Below, piece by piece: positions 9,693 through 18,038 of a DNA stretch of 64,000 nucleotides. A program made the position numbers and the translations under genes. The stretch's first letter is position 1; each line of letters starts with the position of its first letter. Source of the stretch: Gaiellales bacterium (GTDB taxonomy: Bacteria; Actinomycetota; Thermoleophilia; Gaiellales; Gaiellaceae); the NCBI GenBank assembly GCA_038213135.1, contig JBBQTQ010000001.1, positions 2,895 through 66,894 on the forward strand. Reading direction: 5' to 3'. A model generated the notes under the pieces. It was not told the DNA's origin. It did not search any database and saw only the letters and a list, made by a program, of their open reading frames with translations.

Positions 9693-10717
9693 CGCCGTCC
9701 GAGTACCTCCTCGCTCGCCTGCTCTCTGAACGCCGCCAGGCCTCCCGCCGACATCCGGTCGCCGAGTTCCGGCTCCGCGGCGAGCCGCCCGATCGCCTCG
9801 GCAAGCGCCTCCGGATCGCCCGCCGGGACGAGCAGCGCGCTCTCCCCGTCCACGAGCAGCTCTCGCGACGCGGGTGTGTTCGCGGTGACGAGGGGCGTGC
9901 CGCACGCGAGCGCCTGGAAGGCCTTGTTGGGAATCACACGCGCCGCCTTCTCCGAGCGCCCGAAGATCCCGAGCGCGCAGGCGGCGCGGTGGTACTCGCC
10001 GGGCAGCGCCGCGTAGTCGATCCAGCGGACCCACTCCACGTTGGCGGGTCGCCCCTCGAGCTGCCTCTCGAGCTGGCCACTACCGATCACCCGGAACGGA
10101 ATCTCCGGCAGCAAGCGGGCCGCCGCGAGGATCGTCTCCAGCCCGTGCAGCGGGATCAGCTTGCCCACGAAGAGCGCGGTGAACTGCTCGGGCCGGTGCC
10201 AGCGTGGACGGAAGAGGCGTTCCTCGGCGCCGACGAAGCAGCTCGCGGCGCGTCGTGCGCCGAGCCGCCGGAAAAGCTCCGCCTGTGCATCGGTATCGGC
10301 GACGACGAGATCGGCCATGCGGACGGCTCGGCGATCGAGCAGCCCGAGTGCCCGCGCCGGCAGCGATCGTGGACGGAACCGCTGACGGTCCGAGACGAGC
10401 GTGTCGGCGAGCGAGACGAGGGGATTGAAGACGACCGGCCGCCCACGCGCGGCCCGTCTCGCCGCCGGCAGGTCGAGCTGACCCGGGTAGCCGACGAGCA
10501 CGGCATCGAAGCGGTCGTTCCCGCGGCGGAGCAGCCGCGCCTCCGCAGCCAGTAGCCGACCGAGCGCACTTGCCCCGACCCCCCACTTCTGCTCCTGCCC
10601 GTCCCAGACCGACTCGTGCCGCTCGCTCACCTCGACTCCGGCCCCGCGCAGACAGGAGATCACCTGGGCGTTCCGGGGATAGGCGCGCTCGTACGTCCCG
10701 AAGTACAGGACCCGCAA
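9662..10717 (-). CDS. GT-B glycosyltransferase, family 4
   Basis: 351 aa. The C-terminal half FVGKLIPLHGLETIL...PNKAFQALACGTPLVT...ELLVDGESALLV carries the GT4 EX7E-type region. TTG start as in the track. Confidence 0.85.
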   Translation of the reverse strand: MRVLYFGTYERAYPRNAQVISCLRGAGVEVSERHESVWDGQEQKWGVGASALGRLLAAEARLLRRGNDRFDAVLVGYPGQLDLPAARRAARGRPVVFNPLVSLADTLVSDRQRFRPRSLPARALGLLDRRAVRMADLVVADTDAQAELFRRLGARRAASCFVGAEERLFRPRWHRPEQFTALFVGKLIPLHGLETILAAARLLPEIPFRVIGSGQLERQLEGRPANVEWVRWIDYAALPGEYHRAACALGIFGRSEKAARVIPNKAFQALACGTPLVTANTPASRELLVDGESALLVPAGDPEALAEAIGRLAAEPELGDRMSAGGLAAFREQASEEVLGRRWRSLIEQLL

Positions 10718-10718
10718 G

Positions 10719-11657
10719 CTAGGAGAGGATCTCGTCGACGTGCAGCTCGGACCGTTCGCGCTCGCCTGTCCGCTCGGCGTGCTGGCTCGTGATCATCTCG
10801 CCGATCAGGCCGAGGGAGAAGAACTGGATCCCGACCACGACGAGCAGGACCCCGAGGATCAGCAGCGGCCGCTGCCCGATCGAATGACCCTGGGCCTTCA
10901 CGACGGTCAGGTAGACGAGCGTGCCGCTGCCGGCCACGCTCAGGATCAGGCCGAGCCCGCCGAAGAGATGGAGCGGCCTGTGCCGGTAGCGCCCGATGAA
11001 CGAGACAGTGAGCAGGTCGAAGAACCCGCGCAGGTAGCGCTCGAGGCCGTAGCGCGAGCGGCCGTAGTTGCGCGGCCGGTGGTTCACCGGCAGCTCCGCG
11101 ATCCGGTAGCCGCGCTGGTACGCGAGCACCGGTATGAAGCGGTGCAGCTCCCCGTACAGCGGCAGCCCGCGCACGACGTCGGCCCGGTAGGCCTTCAGGC
11201 CGCAGTTCATGTCGTGGAGGTGGACGCCCGAGAAGAAGCCAACGACCCGGTTGAAGAGCTTGGAGAGGAGGCGGCGCGTGAGGCGGTCGCGCCGGTGGGT
11301 CTTCCAGCCGGAGACGAGGTCGAAGCCCTCTTCGAGCTTCACGAGGAGCCGCGGAATCTCGGCGGGGTCGTCCTGGAGGTCGCCGTCGATCGTGACGATC
11401 GTGTCGCCCTGTGCCTGCGCGAACGCCGCCGCGAGTGCGGCTGCCTTGCCGAAGTTGCGGCGCATGCGGACCACGCGCACGTTCTCGTTCGCCGCGTGCA
11501 ATCGAGTCAGCGCGGCGAACGAGCCGTCCGTCGACCCGTCGTCGACAAAGATCGCCTCCCACGGCTCGCCAAGGGGCTCGAGCGCCGAGCGCAGCTCGTC
11601 GAGTAGCAGCGCGACGCTCCGCTCCTCGTTGTAGACAGGGACGACGACCGAGATCAC
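10719..11657 (-). CDS. GT2 polyprenol-monophosphate glycosyltransferase (Ppm1/GtrB/ArnC-like)
   Basis: A GTG at 11657 gives (M)ISVVVPVYNEE...FVDDGSTDGS...IDGDLQDDP, i.e. the GT-A DxD. Two C-terminal TM helices are typical of the GtrB/DPM1-like family. 312 aa. Confidence 0.85.
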   Translation of the reverse strand: MISVVVPVYNEERSVALLLDELRSALEPLGEPWEAIFVDDGSTDGSFAALTRLHAANENVRVVRMRRNFGKAAALAAAFAQAQGDTIVTIDGDLQDDPAEIPRLLVKLEEGFDLVSGWKTHRRDRLTRRLLSKLFNRVVGFFSGVHLHDMNCGLKAYRADVVRGLPLYGELHRFIPVLAYQRGYRIAELPVNHRPRNYGRSRYGLERYLRGFFDLLTVSFIGRYRHRPLHLFGGLGLILSVAGSGTLVYLTVVKAQGHSIGQRPLLILGVLLVVVGIQFFSLGLIGEMITSQHAERTGERERSELHVDEILS

Positions 11658-11686
11658 GGACCGCGGGACCCTATCTTTCTCACTAC

Positions 11687-12880
11687 GTGGACGAGCTTCT
11701 GAGCTTTGAGGACGCACTCGCCGCCGTGCTGGCGCGGGTGCGCGTGCTCCCGTCGGAGCGCGTGCCGCTCGAGGAGTCCGTCGGCCGGTACCTTGCCGAG
11801 CCGGCCCTGGCGGCCGTGGATCTTCCCCCCTTTCCGAGCTCGGCGATGGACGGATACGCGGTGCGGGCGGCGGATACGCCGGGGCGGCTGCCGATCGTCG
11901 CCCGGATCGCCGCCGGCGTGCCCGCGGCGCGCGAGCTCGAAGCCGGCGAAGCGATGGCGATCGCAACCGGCGGCGTCGTCCCCGAGGGCGCCGATGCCGT
12001 CATCCCCCACGAGTATGTTGTCGAACGTGACAACCAGGTGGAGATCGGCGAGGCTGTTGCTCGTGGAGGCAACGTTCGTCCTCGGGGTGGGGACATCGCT
12101 GCCGGCGCGGCGGTCGTGGCAGCTGGGGCGCGGATTGGCCCGGCGCAGCTGGGAGCCCTCGCCGCGGCCGGCGTCTCCGAGGTCGTCTGTGCCCACCGCC
12201 CGCGCGCCGCCGTCCTGACCACTGGCACCGAGCTTCGCCGAAGTGGCGAGACCCTCGGGCCGGGCGAGGTCTACGAGGCGAACGGGCTGATGCTCGCAGC
12301 GCAGCTTGCGCGTGCTGGTGCCGAGGTCGAACAGCTCGATGCGGTGGTCGACGACGACGAGGCGCACCGAGCCGCGCTCACGCGTGGACTCGGGTTCGAC
12401 GTGCTCGTCACCTCGGGTGGCGTCTCGGTCGGCCCCCACGACCTCGTGCGGCGGGTCGAGGCCGAGCTCGGGGTCGAAGAGGTCTTCTGGCGCGTTTCAA
12501 TCAAGCCCGGAAAGCCGGTCTCGTTCGGGGTCCGCGGCGAGACCCTCGTCTTCGGGCTTCCGGGAAACCCGGTCTCGTCGCTCGTCGGCTGCGAGCTCTT
12601 CGTCGTGCCTGCCCTACGAGCGCTCCAGGGCGCCGCCGAGCCTGGCCCGGAGTTCGCTGCCGGCACGCTGGCCGCTTCCCTCCGGCAAGACCCGAGACGG
12701 CTCGAGCTGGTGCGTGCGCGGGCGAGCGTGGGTGAGGACGGTGTTTCGCTCCAGCCGCTGAGCGGACAGGAGTCGCACATGATCGCCCGGGCCGCTGCGG
12801 CCAACGCCCTGATTGTCGTCCCGGCCGGCGAGGGCGAGCTCGCCGCGGGCGCGGCGGTCCGTTACCTGCCGCTCGGCTAG
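11687..12880 (+). CDS. moeA: molybdopterin molybdenumtransferase
   Basis: A GTG at 11687 gives (M)DELLSFEDALAAVL...PPFPSSAMDGYAVRA...TSGGVSVGPHD...KPGKP..FG...GLPGNPVS. These are full-length MoeA hallmarks. Confidence 0.9.
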   Translation: MDELLSFEDALAAVLARVRVLPSERVPLEESVGRYLAEPALAAVDLPPFPSSAMDGYAVRAADTPGRLPIVARIAAGVPAARELEAGEAMAIATGGVVPEGADAVIPHEYVVERDNQVEIGEAVARGGNVRPRGGDIAAGAAVVAAGARIGPAQLGALAAAGVSEVVCAHRPRAAVLTTGTELRRSGETLGPGEVYEANGLMLAAQLARAGAEVEQLDAVVDDDEAHRAALTRGLGFDVLVTSGGVSVGPHDLVRRVEAELGVEEVFWRVSIKPGKPVSFGVRGETLVFGLPGNPVSSLVGCELFVVPALRALQGAAEPGPEFAAGTLAASLRQDPRRLELVRARASVGEDGVSLQPLSGQESHMIARAAAANALIVVPAGEGELAAGAAVRYLPLG

Positions 12881-13629
12881 GCGTTCGACCCGGCGGTGAC
12901 GCGCGGGGGCTGCAGCGAGTAGGGCCGTCCGACACGCGGGATCACCTTGATCGGCACGGCGTAGACGATGTAGCGGTGCGTCGCGAAGAATCGCGGATGA
13001 CACGCCTGCAGGGCCAGTAGCTCGTGCCCGTGCGACTTGAGGCGAGAGACGTCGTCCGCGGTGACGATCGCGTGGTAGCGCGTTTCGTAGACGAAGGTCG
13101 CGTACGGCAGCTCGATCGTCACCCTGTCGCCCGGCCGCATCGTGTCGATCGCAGCGAAGGGTGCGAGGTAGGTCGTCCGGTGGCCCGCGATATAGATCAG
13201 CTGGCCCTCGCCCGGGAGGTAGGTGCCGGTGTACCAACCAGGACCCTTGGTCAGCGAGTCGTGGTCGGTGCCGGTGACGAGGAGCATGTCAATACCGAGG
13301 CGAGGCACCTTGATTCGCCCGAGCGGCTGTCCGATCTTCAGCGATTTCCGGTAGCGGTCCGCCGCAAGCGCAACCATCTGCTCCTCCTGGGAGACCCACG
13401 ATGTGTGTCCGCCCGGGACGCCGCTGGTGACGGCCGGGATCGGCCGTTCGTCGACCGGCTTGTACGAGGCGAGCTGCTTGTCGTAGCGAGATGCGAGCTG
13501 GTGCTGCTCGTAGGTGGTGTAAAGCGCGGTGAACGGGTCCTGCCACTGCCAGACGACGACCGCCCAGAGGCAGGCGCCGATGCCGCCCACGATCATCACC
13601 GTCGAAACGATTCTCAGGAAGCGGCGCAC
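12877..13629 (-). CDS. class E sortase
   Basis: A GTG at 13629 shares 1 nt with the TAG stop of the upstream gene. N-terminal TM (VMIVGGIGACLWAVVVW). Catalytic His in IAGHRTT, Cys in LALQACHP, Arg in THRYIVYA. 250 aa. Confidence 0.8.
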   Translation of the reverse strand: MRRFLRIVSTVMIVGGIGACLWAVVVWQWQDPFTALYTTYEQHQLASRYDKQLASYKPVDERPIPAVTSGVPGGHTSWVSQEEQMVALAADRYRKSLKIGQPLGRIKVPRLGIDMLLVTGTDHDSLTKGPGWYTGTYLPGEGQLIYIAGHRTTYLAPFAAIDTMRPGDRVTIELPYATFVYETRYHAIVTADDVSRLKSHGHELLALQACHPRFFATHRYIVYAVPIKVIPRVGRPYSLQPPRVTAGSNA

Positions 13630-15368
13630 TACTGCTCCAACGCGCGCTGCTCGGTGTCGGGTGCGGCCCGCCGCCGCGAATAGATCACGAGCAGCACGGC
13701 CCGTACGGCGTTGCGGATCGGCCCACGCGGCGGCCGTTCCTCGGCGCTCGGATAGGGCGCGTAGCGGCCGGCAGCCAGCACGATCAGCTGCGCGGCGGTC
13801 GCCGTCCAGGCCAGGAAGATAAAGACGGCCACAATCGGTACGTAGCCGATCGCGGTCAGTTCCGCAAGGTACCAGGGCGAATCGAGACCGAGCCCGAAGC
13901 GCACCGCAAGGGAGCCGAGGAGGAAGAGTGGCCCCGCGAAGCCCGCGAGGAGCACAACGATCGTCACCACGGGCCCACGAACACGCAGCTGCGGCAGCCA
14001 GAGCCAGGCGTGCAGGCTCGGGAGCAGGAAGATCAGGGCGAACGGGTTCGTCGCAACGACGAGCAGCGCCACGACCGCGAGCGCGAGCAAGGCGGCAACG
14101 TGGCCGGCAAGGTCCTCCTCGGGCGTGACGGGGCGACGTGGTGTGAGCCGGGCGCGCGGCACGAGCCAGCTGAGGCCGGCGAGGATCGCGAGGGCGAGCA
14201 GGCCCAGGCGAGGCCAGTTGCCCGCGGCGGCCGTTTCGGGGTTGATCGGCCGCGCTGCGCCTCCGGGCCAGACCCCGAGCAGGTCGAGCCAGAAGAAGAG
14301 GATCCCGCACCAGAGCCAGAATCCGAGCCGGCTCCGATAGGAGCGCAGCGCCGGCGCGATCGCGATCCGGCGACGCCGGCAGCGGGCGAAGAGGTCGATC
14401 GCCGGCACCAGGAAGGGCAGCAGCATCGCGATCAGCGCCAGCTCGACCGCCCACCCTCGGACGAAGCGCTGGCCGAGATAGAGGTACGTCGAGGTGCCCT
14501 GAGGCAGCTCGAGGCCGGTGTCGATCGACGTGACGAGGTTCTGAGCGGCCCGGCCGAGCTCGAGGAGATGTGTGCCGTTCAGGGGACGATCGGCCGCCGA
14601 ATCGGGCGGTCTGTCGCCGGCGGTCGTGAGCGTCACCGCGGGGACCCCTCGCCCGACGAACGGCGCCTGCTCGTAGAGGCTGAACGGGAAGGCAAGATCG
14701 ATCAGTTGCCCGAACGCGCTTGTCCGCCCGGGCGCGACGCTCCCGTTCTCTTCGGCAATCCGGGCGGCGGCCGTTTCGACGAGGGCCGCCGCGGGCGATC
14801 GCGGCTGGTCGCCGCCGATCTCGAGGCGAGCCCGGCCCGGCCCGGCCAGCGCGTCGAGGTTGATGACGGCGAGCACGTGGCCTCGGTAGGGGGAGCTCTG
14901 CGCGAATCGCGTGGCGCCGAGCGCCCCGAACTCGCCGCCGTCGGTCGAGAGGAAGAGCAGCGTGTGCTGCGGCCTGACCGGCTTGCCCGCCGCAGTCGCG
15001 GGCTGGCCGTACGCGCGGGCGAGCTCGATCAGGGCTGCGGTTCCCGAAGCGTTGTCGTTGGCACCCGTTCCCGCGCCGGTGTCGTCGCGGTGGGCCATGA
15101 CGACGATCGCGTCGGTCGAGGGCCCGCGGGCAACGGCCAGGATGTTCCGCAAGAGGACTCGTCCGCGGCCGGGGATTGTTGCGAAGAAGCCGTCGGTCGT
15201 GGAGGGGAACCCGTAGGCCTTGAGCTGATCTGCGAACCAGCGGGATGCGCCGAGTGCGCCGGGGGAGCCAGGCCCGCGGTCGGGGTACTTTTCCACCAGG
15301 TCCTTGGTGAGAGCGAGCGCGGAGGTCTTGTCGAACGAGGGCGGCAAGGTCGGCCCGGGCAGTGGCAC
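13629..15368 (-). CDS. M28 family zinc aminopeptidase fused to a C-terminal polytopic membrane domain
   Basis: M28 metal-ligand blocks MAHRDDTGAGTGANDNASGTAALIELAR and LFLSTDGGEFGALG are followed by about 8 TM helices. GTG start as in the track. An in-frame TM-like segment upstream lacks a canonical start codon (see findings). Confidence 0.8.
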   Translation of the reverse strand: MPLPGPTLPPSFDKTSALALTKDLVEKYPDRGPGSPGALGASRWFADQLKAYGFPSTTDGFFATIPGRGRVLLRNILAVARGPSTDAIVVMAHRDDTGAGTGANDNASGTAALIELARAYGQPATAAGKPVRPQHTLLFLSTDGGEFGALGATRFAQSSPYRGHVLAVINLDALAGPGRARLEIGGDQPRSPAAALVETAAARIAEENGSVAPGRTSAFGQLIDLAFPFSLYEQAPFVGRGVPAVTLTTAGDRPPDSAADRPLNGTHLLELGRAAQNLVTSIDTGLELPQGTSTYLYLGQRFVRGWAVELALIAMLLPFLVPAIDLFARCRRRRIAIAPALRSYRSRLGFWLWCGILFFWLDLLGVWPGGAARPINPETAAAGNWPRLGLLALAILAGLSWLVPRARLTPRRPVTPEEDLAGHVAALLALAVVALLVVATNPFALIFLLPSLHAWLWLPQLRVRGPVVTIVVLLAGFAGPLFLLGSLAVRFGLGLDSPWYLAELTAIGYVPIVAVFIFLAWTATAAQLIVLAAGRYAPYPSAEERPPRGPIRNAVRAVLLVIYSRRRAAPDTEQRALEQ

Positions 15369-15552
15369 GGGCCGCTCGACGCTGAGGGCGGCGATCAGCA
15401 GCGGCAGGCCGACGATCAGCCAGGTGCCGCGGTAGAGCCGTCCGTTGACCGGATGCTCGAGTGACCCGCGCCGAGCCCGACGACGCGGGGAGTGTGGCCG
15501 ACCGCTCGCGATAGGGGGCTATAGTAGGCCGCGCCTAGGATCGGGCCGTACG

Positions 15553-16248
15553 ATGCCGAACCCCGCGACGATCCTGCTCGTCGAAGACGAGGAGTCAGTA
15601 CAGAAGCTCTTGGCGTACCCGCTCGAGCGCGACGGGTACAACGTCGTCCAGGCGCGGGACGGGGAGGAGGCACTGGCGGCGTTCGAGCGAGAGCCGGTCG
15701 ACCTCGTCGTACTCGACCTGATGCTCCCGAAGCTCGACGGGCTGGAGGTCTGCAAGCGTCTGCGGGCTTCGAGCTCGGTGCCGATCATCATGCTCACGGC
15801 GCGCGACGACGAGCTGGACAAGGTCGTCGGGCTCGAGCTTGGCGCGGACGACTACATCACGAAGCCGTTCTCGATCCGGGAGTTCCGGAGTCGCGTTCGC
15901 GCGCTTCTGCGTCGCGCGGCGGCTCCGCGTCACGATCTGCGAGAGGTCGCGATCGAGATCGGCGGGCTGCGGATCGACCCGGCGCGCCGCACGGTCGAGC
16001 TCGACGGGGAGCCGGTGCAGCTGACCTTCGTCGAGTTCGAGCTGCTGCGCGTGCTCGCGTCGAATCCCGGCCGGGTGTTCTCGCGCCAGAAGCTGCTGGA
16101 GGCGCTCTGGGGCGGCTCCGAGTATCGCGAGCCACGCACAATCGACGTCCACGTTCGGCATCTCCGCGAGAAGCTGGAAAAGGATCCGGCGGACCCGAAG
16201 CTTCTCTTCACCGTGCGGGGCGTCGGCTACCGCTTCCACGATTCGTGA
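15553..16248 (+). CDS. OmpR/PhoB-family response regulator (MprA-like)
   Basis: ATG at 15553: MPNPATILLVEDEE...DLVVLDLMLPKLDG (receiver), then winged helix RTIDVHVRHLREKL...VRGVGYRF. Confidence 0.9.
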   Translation: MPNPATILLVEDEESVQKLLAYPLERDGYNVVQARDGEEALAAFEREPVDLVVLDLMLPKLDGLEVCKRLRASSSVPIIMLTARDDELDKVVGLELGADDYITKPFSIREFRSRVRALLRRAAAPRHDLREVAIEIGGLRIDPARRTVELDGEPVQLTFVEFELLRVLASNPGRVFSRQKLLEALWGGSEYREPRTIDVHVRHLREKLEKDPADPKLLFTVRGVGYRFHDS

Positions 16249-17663
16249 ACCCGTTCCGGAGCGTCGGCGCCCGGCTCAGCCTCGCGCTGCTGCTGGTGGT
16301 GGCCGGCGTCCTCGGATTCGTCTACCTGTTCGTCGTCCCGTCGCTGGAGAGCCGCCTCGTCCACGCGAAGCTGTCGCAGCTCGAGCGGGCCGCGCCGAGC
16401 CTCGCGAAGCAGGTCTTCTCGCTGCCGCAATTCGAGTGGGACGCGTTCGCGGAGAACGCTTCCGCGAGCGCGAACGCCCGCGTCGTCCTCTACACGATCA
16501 TCAGTCCGCCGCTCGCCGTTGCCGTTGCCTCCGACTCGCGGCAGGCGGCGCCTTCGACGGATGTCGCCCACGACAAGCTGGCGACCCAGGCGGCGCTGAC
16601 GTTGGAGCGCGCGTCGGGGACCGTCACGCGCCGCGGCGAGAGATTCGCCGAGGCGGCTGTTCCGGTGAGCTTCGACGGGCCGATCCTCTTGCTCTCGGCG
16701 TCGCTCCACGACTCGCTCGGCAACGTCCATCTCGTCCAGCGCCGTCTGGTGCTAGCCGGACTGCTCGCCCTGCTCGTAGCGCTCGTCGTCGGCTACGGCG
16801 GCGCGCACGTCTTCGCGCGGCGGCTCCGGCGGCTCGAGCGGGCCGCGGAGCGGATCGCGGACGGGAAGTTCGACGAACCCGTTGCCGACACGGGGCGGGA
16901 CGAGGTCGGCGAGCTCGCCCGCACGTTCGACCGCATGCGCCGGCGGCTCGCCCGGCTCGACCACGCACGGCGCGAGTTCATCACCAACGCGTCGCACGAG
17001 CTGCGCACGCCGCTCTTCTCGCTGGGCGGGATGCTCGAGCTGCTCACGGACGAGGAGGTCGACGAGGCGACGCGGCGGGAGTTCCTGGAGACGATGCGCG
17101 GCCAGGTGGCGCGGCTGGCCAAGCTGGCCACGGAGTTGCTCGATCTCTCGCGGCTGGACGCGGGCCACCTGGCCGTGGAGCGTGAGCCGGTGCCGCTTGC
17201 CGGAGTGGCCCAGGCGGTGATCGACGAGTTCGCGGCGGTCGCGCGCACCGAGCATCGGCCGCTCGAGCTCGAGGCGGACGGCGATGTGGTGGCGCTCGGC
17301 GATTCGCAGCGCGTGCTCCAGATCGGCCGCGGGCTCGTGGAGAACGCGATGCGGCACACGGAGGCAGGTACGCCGATCCGCGTGCGTGTCTTCTCCACCG
17401 AGGAGCACGCCGCGCTCGCGGTGGAGGACGAGGGCGGCGGCATCGCCCCGGAGCACGGGGGCCACGTCTTCGAGCGCTTCTACCGCGTCGAGGGCCCCCA
17501 GGCCTCCGGCAGCGGTCTCGGACTGGCAATCGCACGGGAGCTGGCGGAGCTAATGGGCGGGACGCTCGGGGTCGAGTCGTCGCCCGGGCGGACTGTGTTC
17601 ACATTGGCGCTTCCTGCCGCTCCCCACGCTGCCGAGCGAGCGCCTGAGGTCGTTCGTCCATAG
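16245..17663 (+). CDS. sensor histidine kinase (MprB-like; HAMP-HisKA-HATPase)
   Basis: GTGA overlap with the regulator. Two TM helices, HAMP, H-box NASHELRTPL, N-box ENAMRHT, G-boxes DEGGGI and GSGLGLAIAREL. Confidence 0.9.
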   Translation: MNPFRSVGARLSLALLLVVAGVLGFVYLFVVPSLESRLVHAKLSQLERAAPSLAKQVFSLPQFEWDAFAENASASANARVVLYTIISPPLAVAVASDSRQAAPSTDVAHDKLATQAALTLERASGTVTRRGERFAEAAVPVSFDGPILLLSASLHDSLGNVHLVQRRLVLAGLLALLVALVVGYGGAHVFARRLRRLERAAERIADGKFDEPVADTGRDEVGELARTFDRMRRRLARLDHARREFITNASHELRTPLFSLGGMLELLTDEEVDEATRREFLETMRGQVARLAKLATELLDLSRLDAGHLAVEREPVPLAGVAQAVIDEFAAVARTEHRPLELEADGDVVALGDSQRVLQIGRGLVENAMRHTEAGTPIRVRVFSTEEHAALAVEDEGGGIAPEHGGHVFERFYRVEGPQASGSGLGLAIARELAELMGGTLGVESSPGRTVFTLALPAAPHAAERAPEVVRP

Positions 17664-17685
17664 ACATCCCGGAGACCACCACGTG

Positions 17686-18006
17686 AAAACGGAGGCCCGT
17701 GACCTCGTATGCACGGTGCAATCGCCGTGTACTGAGCCACGGAGCGGAGCGCCAGCACCTCGTAGACCTCGTCGCCGGTTGCCACCCAGTGCCACAGGGG
17801 CTTTCGCTCGTACCCGTCACGCTCGGCGCGCGCGTACGGACCGTAGAGGCGGCCGCAGCCGACGATGTCGTCGAAGCGACGCACGACCTCCTCGTCGGTA
17901 TGACGAGCCGCACCATCGGCCGTTCCTCGCTCAGGGTGATTGTTCCCTCTCCCTCGAAGAGTCCGGCGGCCCAGGCGATCTGCTCATCTCGAGTGATGTT
18001 GTCACA
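17686..18006 (-). pseudogene. LAGLIDADG homing-endonuclease-like gene remnant (at least two frameshifts, no in-frame canonical start)
   Basis: The minus strand of 17941-17976 encodes AWAAGLFEGEGT, a LAGLIDADG dodecapeptide. The rest of the fold is split between the frames of track ORFs 17599..17916 and 17480..17884: ...TITLSEERPMVRLVI / HTDEEVVRRFDDIVGCGRLYGPY...KPLWHWVATGDEVYEVLAL / APWLSTRRLHRAYEV. There is an in-frame TAG at 18007-18009. Confidence 0.45.
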
Positions 18007-18038
18007 CTAGCCAACAGACCGGACGCTAGAGTGGCCCG

